Source: an uncultured Nitrospiraceae bacterium (GTDB lineage Bacteria > Nitrospirota > Thermodesulfovibrionia > Thermodesulfovibrionales > Dissulfurispiraceae). From it: DNA of 64,000 nt. Positions 59,415 through 64,000 of this stretch are shown here, one piece after another; positions within the stretch are counted from its first letter, which is position 1; every line of letters begins with the position of its first letter. The notes under the pieces are model-generated. The model worked only from the letters and a program-made list of their open reading frames with translations, did not search any database and was not told the origin of the DNA. The position numbers and the translations under genes are program-made. The stretch spans positions 1,048,449 to 1,112,448 of the forward strand of contig CAVPIW010000006.1 of assembly GCA_963705105.1 (NCBI GenBank), given 5' to 3'.

Positions 59415-59644
59415 GATTAATATTAAATCCGAGAAAACAGAAAGTCAAGATTTGCTTTAATCGGACTTTATCGTATCTGACATAAGATGAATTTGGCATG
59501 ACAAACACATTGGCGTCCAAAATAATCTGACACGAGGATAGGGCATGATCTCTTCACGCCTCGTTTTCAAGGTTTCGCTGCAAGGTATTTTGGATGCGCT
59601 TGATGACAAACACAAGAAAGGTCGTCCTGCCGGTCATAGGGCTA

Positions 59645-59821
59645 TTGTTTACGGGCAATGGTGGATGACACAAAGGATTTTGATGCGGGTAATTGCAGGG
59701 GTTGTCCCCTGAACGGCGCGACATCTAATGACGGTCTGCTCGGTAAGCGGACCTTACTCCTTCACTGCCACTGACACTTCTTATGACTTTGAGGCGCTTC
59801 GCCCCGCCTCTTCATGCACAA
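59645..59821 (+). mobile_element. Degenerate MITE-like element (right part, 29622-type)
   Basis: CAATGGTGGATGACACAAAG..GCAGGGGTTGTCCCCTGAACGGCGCGACATC..GAGGCGCTTCGCCCCGCCTCTTCATGCA. Confidence 0.6.
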
Positions 59822-59829
59822 CTGGCGCC

Positions 59830-59858
59830 TTGACAGGACGGTTATCCCGTGGTAATGT
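59830..59858 (+). promoter_or_regulatory. Putative sigma70 promoter for bcp
   Basis: TTGACA-17 bp-TAATGT with extended -10 TG. Confidence 0.45.
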
Positions 59859-59925
59859 GAGGAAGCCCGATGAGTGAAGGCGTCAGCAAAATGAACACAA
59901 TTCTTTTCCATACACGGAGGAGCAT

Positions 59926-60405
59926 ATGCTGAAGGAAGGAATGAAGGCGCCCGATTTCTGTCTCGTCGGGATCGATGGGGCGGGCAATGAAAGGGAATAC
60001 TGCCTTTCGGGCCTGCTCAAAGAGGGCAAACACATCGTGATCTATTTCTATCCCCGGGACAACACGCCTGGTTGCACGCAGGAAGCCTGCGATTTCAGGG
60101 ACAGCTTCAACAGGATCATTGCAAAGGTAACCGTTGTCGGCGTCAGCCGCGACAGCCTCGCCAGCCATGCGAAATTCCGGGAAAAGAACGGACTCAACTT
60201 TCCCCTCCTGAGCGACCCCGATCACACTGTCCTCGAAGCCTACGGCGCCTGGGGCGAGAAAAAGATGTACGGGAAAACGACCATGGGCATCACCCGGTCG
60301 ACAGTCCTTATAGGAAAGGACGGACTGATTCGCAAAATCTGGCCCAGAGTCGCAGTCAAGGGTCATGTCGACAATGTTATAGCGGAACTCGGCAGGCTGA
60401 GCTGA
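59926..60405 (+). CDS. bcp: Peroxiredoxin BCP
   Basis: YFYPRDNTPGCTQEACDFRD, LLSDPD, RST. Confidence 0.93.
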   Translation: MLKEGMKAPDFCLVGIDGAGNEREYCLSGLLKEGKHIVIYFYPRDNTPGCTQEACDFRDSFNRIIAKVTVVGVSRDSLASHAKFREKNGLNFPLLSDPDHTVLEAYGAWGEKKMYGKTTMGITRSTVLIGKDGLIRKIWPRVAVKGHVDNVIAELGRLS

Positions 60406-60427
60406 GACAGGCCACCTTTTTCGATTC

Positions 60428-60742
60428 ATGGACGTCTTTTTCAGGGTCCTCGGCAATATCGTCCTGCTCAGCGTCGTCATGGTCCTGACATCGCTCCTGA
60501 TCGAATACCTGTATGCCAGCAGGTGGAAATGGGCCGTCGTGATCACTCTCGGGCTGCTCATGACCCTTTTTGTGCTGCAGGTTGAGATCGTCCTGCAGGT
60601 ACTCGGCGCACTCACTGCCTATTATTCATACCGGCAGATTTCCCTTGTCCTGCTGGGCGGAGTCCTGTCCGGCATGAGCATCACCAGCGCCTGCATCTTT
60701 TTTCGTCTTGTCCAGGATATTTTCCGCAAGGTGATTTCATAA
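60428..60742 (+). CDS. Small hydrophobic membrane protein
   Basis: About three TM helices, co-oriented with bcp. Confidence 0.6.
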   Translation: MDVFFRVLGNIVLLSVVMVLTSLLIEYLYASRWKWAVVITLGLLMTLFVLQVEIVLQVLGALTAYYSYRQISLVLLGGVLSGMSITSACIFFRLVQDIFRKVIS

Positions 60743-60779
60743 GACTTCATAGTACAGTAGTATGAAAAGGGGAGAAAAG

Positions 60780-60851
60780 AGCGGGCGACGGGATTCGAAC
60801 CCGCGACCTACAGCTTGGGAAGCTGTCACTCTACCACTGAGTTACGCCCGC
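60780..60851 (-). tRNA. tRNA-Gly (CCC), CCA not encoded
   Basis: GCGGGCGTAACTCAGTGGTAGAGTGACAGCTTCCCAAGCTGTAGGTCGCGGGTTCGAATCCCGTCGCCCGCT cloverleaf. Confidence 0.96.
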
Positions 60852-60911
60852 TTCAGGCGGAAAAATATCGAGGAGCGACGGTAAAAATATACTACATCGC
60901 AGGGCCTTTCA

Positions 60912-62588
60912 TCAACTGTCGCACTTGGTATTCATAATCGCCCCCGAACCCGCAGAACTGACGAGCTTCGCATAGCGCGCCAGGTAGCCCTTCCTGATTT
61001 TCGGCTCGGGCTTCTTCCAGCCCTTGCGTCTCTCTTCGAGCTCCTTTTCGGTCAGGTGCACTTCAAGCTTTCTCTTCGGTATGTTGATGCTGATGCGGTC
61101 TCCGTCTCTCAGGAGCGCTATGGGCCCGCCTTCCATGGCCTCCGGCGACACGTGGCCGATACAGGGACCGCGGGTCCCGCCCGAGAACCTGCCGTCCGTC
61201 ACGAGGGCGACGGATTCGCTGAGCCCCATGCCGGCTATGGCCGATGTGGGCGCGAGCATTTCACGCATGCCCGGGCCTCCCTTCGGTCCCTCATAGCGGA
61301 TCACGATGACATGACCCGGCTTGATCTCCCCGGCCAGGATTGCCTTCATGCCGTCCTCTTCGGAGTCATAGACCTTGACAGTCCCCTCGTACTGCATCAT
61401 GTTTTTGCTGACGGCAGTCTGCTTCACCACCGCCCCGCCCGGTGCAAGATTTCCCCGAAGGATGGCGATGCCCCCTTCACGGTGATATGCTTTTCCGACA
61501 GGCCTGATGACGTCTTCATCCATAACGACGGCGCCTTCTGCGATGGCGGCGATGTTCGTGCCGGACACGGTCGGATTGGGCTGGATCATCTTCTCGAGCC
61601 TCTGCAGGACGGCGGGAATGCCGCCGGCAAAATGGAGGTCTTCCATGTAGAATTCACCGCCGGGAATCATATTTGTGATGTGAGGGGTCTTCCTGCTCAT
61701 CTCATCGAAGACTTCGAGGGGGAGGTCGACACCGGCCTCATGGGCAATGGCGGGAATGTGGAGGACCGTGTTCGTCGAACCGCCCAGGGCAAGGTCGACC
61801 ATGATGGCGTTCCTGAAGGCCTTCATGGTCAGGATCTTCCTCGGCGTGATGTTCTTCTTGACGAGTTCGACGATCCGTGCGCCGCTCTCGAAGGCGATCC
61901 TCCGCTTCTGGGCGAGCACGGCCGGCGTTGTCGCACACAGGGGCAGGCTCATCCCGAGCGATTCCGTGACGCAGGCCATCGTGTTGGCCGTATACATGCC
62001 CTGGCAGGAGCCCGCACCGGGGCAGGCGCACATTTCGAGATTGTCCAGCTCGTCCTTCGTGATGAGCCCCTTTTTGAACTTGCCGACGGCCTCGAAGGTA
62101 TCGCTCGTGAGATTCAGCCTCCTGCCCCGGTATCTCCCCGAGAGCATCGGGCCGGCGGTGACGACAATACTCGGCACGTCTATCCTTGCGGCGGCCATGA
62201 GCATCCCCGGCGTGATCTTGTCGCAGTTCGTGAGAAGGACGAGCCCGTCAAGCTGATGCGCTTCCGCAATGGTCTCCACCATGTCGGCGATGAGGTCCCG
62301 CGACGGCAATGAGTAATGCATGCCCCGGTGCCCCATGGCGATGCCGTCGCAGATCCCCGGGATACCGAAGAAGAACGGATAGCCTCCGCCGGAATGAATC
62401 CCCTTTTCGATGAAGCGCTCGAGGTCACGCATGCCGGTATGGCCGGGGATGATATCGGTGAAGCTCGTGGCGACACCGATGAAGGGCTTGTCCATTTCAC
62501 TTTTCGGGATTCCCGTCGCATAGAGCAGGGACCGGTGCGGCATCCTCTCGAGACCGCTTTTTATCGTTGCACTTCTTCTCCTCGGCAT
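60912..62588 (-). CDS. ilvD: Dihydroxy-acid dehydratase
   Basis: [40 protein letters not shown]. Confidence 0.96.
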   Translation of the reverse strand: MPRRRSATIKSGLERMPHRSLLYATGIPKSEMDKPFIGVATSFTDIIPGHTGMRDLERFIEKGIHSGGGYPFFFGIPGICDGIAMGHRGMHYSLPSRDLIADMVETIAEAHQLDGLVLLTNCDKITPGMLMAAARIDVPSIVVTAGPMLSGRYRGRRLNLTSDTFEAVGKFKKGLITKDELDNLEMCACPGAGSCQGMYTANTMACVTESLGMSLPLCATTPAVLAQKRRIAFESGARIVELVKKNITPRKILTMKAFRNAIMVDLALGGSTNTVLHIPAIAHEAGVDLPLEVFDEMSRKTPHITNMIPGGEFYMEDLHFAGGIPAVLQRLEKMIQPNPTVSGTNIAAIAEGAVVMDEDVIRPVGKAYHREGGIAILRGNLAPGGAVVKQTAVSKNMMQYEGTVKVYDSEEDGMKAILAGEIKPGHVIVIRYEGPKGGPGMREMLAPTSAIAGMGLSESVALVTDGRFSGGTRGPCIGHVSPEAMEGGPIALLRDGDRISINIPKRKLEVHLTEKELEERRKGWKKPEPKIRKGYLARYAKLVSSAGSGAIMNTKCDS

Positions 62589-62731
62589 TGTTTCACTGTT
62601 CTCCTTTTTCAGATAATTTCACCCTGTCCTCGATATTCACGGCAATAGGACGACAACACTCGATATTATAACCGAAAATCGAAGGAACGATCGCACCAGG
62701 GGGCTATCTGTCAATCCGTTCATGGATAGGG

Positions 62732-62760
62732 AAAAAAATATCCCCCTGTGGAAGGGGGAT
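62732..62760 (-). terminator. Rho-independent terminator
   Basis: Minus strand ATCCCCCTTCCACAGGGGGATATTTTTTT. Confidence 0.7.
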
Positions 62761-62808
62761 TGAGAACGACGGTTGAATAGGATGATGCGTTTCCGTGACT
62801 GTGGGGAA

Positions 62809-63039
62809 TCAGTTCACCGATGCCTGTTTCCGGTATTCCCTGACCAGTTCGGCGATCTTGTCTTTTCTGTACAGCTTTTCCTTCTTGAGTCTCTTCAGCT
62901 CTATTTCTTCGTCAGGCGTCAGGTAATGTTTCCGGGAGAGCTCACCAAGCTGCTCATCCAAGGCCCTATGCTCCTGATACAGTCGCCTGAATTCGTCGTT
63001 ATTATTTCTCAGGACTTCAATGATCTCTTCGTCTTTCAC
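62809..63039 (-). CDS. DUF465/YdcH family protein
   Basis: EFRRLYQEHRALD..LKKEKLYRKDKI. Confidence 0.85.
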   Translation of the reverse strand: MKDEEIIEVLRNNNDEFRRLYQEHRALDEQLGELSRKHYLTPDEEIELKRLKKEKLYRKDKIAELVREYRKQASVN

Positions 63040-63127
63040 AGCAGCCTCCTTCGCAGAGAGATGGGTACATGTCCATCATTTTACACCAAACGAATCAAAA
63101 ATACACCTCTGCCGAAGTGCCTTCCCT

Positions 63128-63559
63128 CTATGCATCGGGCTTTGCGAACAACTCTGCTTTCACCCTTGCCAGATCCGCTTCGATCCCTGACAGGACCGGC
63201 TTGAGTTCGTACTGAATGAGATCGGCGACGGTGATCCAGTCCTTCGCCTCGAAGGCCGAGAGCATGTCCCGGAACAGGGGCTGAACCTGACCTGCCGAAT
63301 CAGGAAAGGATCCGAAAGAGCGGCCCCCCGACCGGCTGAGATGCCCCAGTCCCTCCCTGAGCTGACCCAGGAAGTCCATGAGGTGTTCAAGGTTCTGAAT
63401 GCCCTCGGCGAGTTTCCGGAAGACCGTCTCGGAATGTTCGATCCTCAGGGCCGTCGCACAGTCCGTTAAATCGCTCTCCAAAACTCCAACGATCCCGCTG
63501 ACATCCGAAACCCCCTCCTTCATGGCATTGAGCAGCTCATCGCCTTCTCTCTGTTCCAT
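63128..63559 (-). CDS. Hypothetical helical protein (type often found near flagellar glycosylation genes)
   Basis: AAGGAG RBS; AFEAKDWITVADLIQYEL motif. Confidence 0.7.
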   Translation of the reverse strand: MEQREGDELLNAMKEGVSDVSGIVGVLESDLTDCATALRIEHSETVFRKLAEGIQNLEHLMDFLGQLREGLGHLSRSGGRSFGSFPDSAGQVQPLFRDMLSAFEAKDWITVADLIQYELKPVLSGIEADLARVKAELFAKPDA

Positions 63560-63618
63560 CCCGATCGCTCCTTTCCTTGTATTCGTATTCGCCGCGGAAG
63601 ATCCGCTCAGACTCAGCG

Positions 63619-64000
63619 CTATTGTACACAAACGGACGATTCTTGTCTCCGGTCCGCATTCCGCCGCGCACTGACCAGGCCGTCGATCACCTGCAGCACC
63701 AGCGAGGCATGCATCCTGAGTCGTCCATAAAGGTCACGCGTTTCTGAAGCGACGAGGGCAAGCTCCTGCTCGCCGAGGGCCTCCTTGCCGTAGCGAAACA
63801 TGACCATCAGGGGTTTCAGAGGAGGGTGCGCCGATCCCATGATCTCGATCTCACGATCGATTTCTGACAGCCGCATCACCTCATCTTTAAGCCACAGGAC
63901 GTCCGGGGCAACCTTTCCAGCCTCTCTGGCCATGAGCGACGCACGGAGGGACCCTTCTTCTGCGAGAGCCGTGAGCCGGGTGAAAGACACCCGGTCATTG
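63619..64000 (-). CDS. 3' end of a hypothetical gene, possibly motility-associated factor (Maf)-like
   Basis: Frame open to the window edge; family guess from context only. Confidence 0.5.
   Translation of the reverse strand, partial: NDRVSFTRLTALAEEGSLRASLMAREAGKVAPDVLWLKDEVMRLSEIDREIEIMGSAHPPLKPLMVMFRYGKEALGEQELALVASETRDLYGRLRMHASLVLQVIDGLVSARRNADRRQESSVCVQ

Noticed and set aside
60780..60851. tRNA-Gly as an island integration site
   Set aside because: No integrase and no duplicated tRNA 3' end seen in the window.

Overview
GC-rich bacterial chromosome segment. Gene content and protein style suggest Nitrospirota/Thermodesulfovibrionia or a Desulfobacterota-like anaerobe (inference only). 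It has a housekeeping backbone (thrS-infC-rpmI-rplT-pheS-pheT, lysS-lolE-lolD, tpiA-secG, rimP-nusA-recG-pilD-typA, ilvD, tRNA-Gly, rfbB/rfbD), several signalling genes, an ImcH-like heptaheme cytochrome, a 14-blade repeat secreted protein and a decayed BrnT/BrnA module. The most striking unexplained structure is intergenic: about 15 copies of a modular, mosaic 110-280 bp MITE-like element (ACCTT..TGCA / TGCA..AAGGT ends, variable 2-bp target duplications, one copy nested in another), plus several other short repeat families. Other highlights: two tandem 'histidine' kinases that both have Asp at the phospho-His position; a group IIC intron 3' end inserted exactly as attC-targeting introns insert, at the antitoxin stop codon; and apparent non-AUG starts for both thrS (ATC) and infC (ATA). 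All calls come from reading the sequence by eye; no searches were run.
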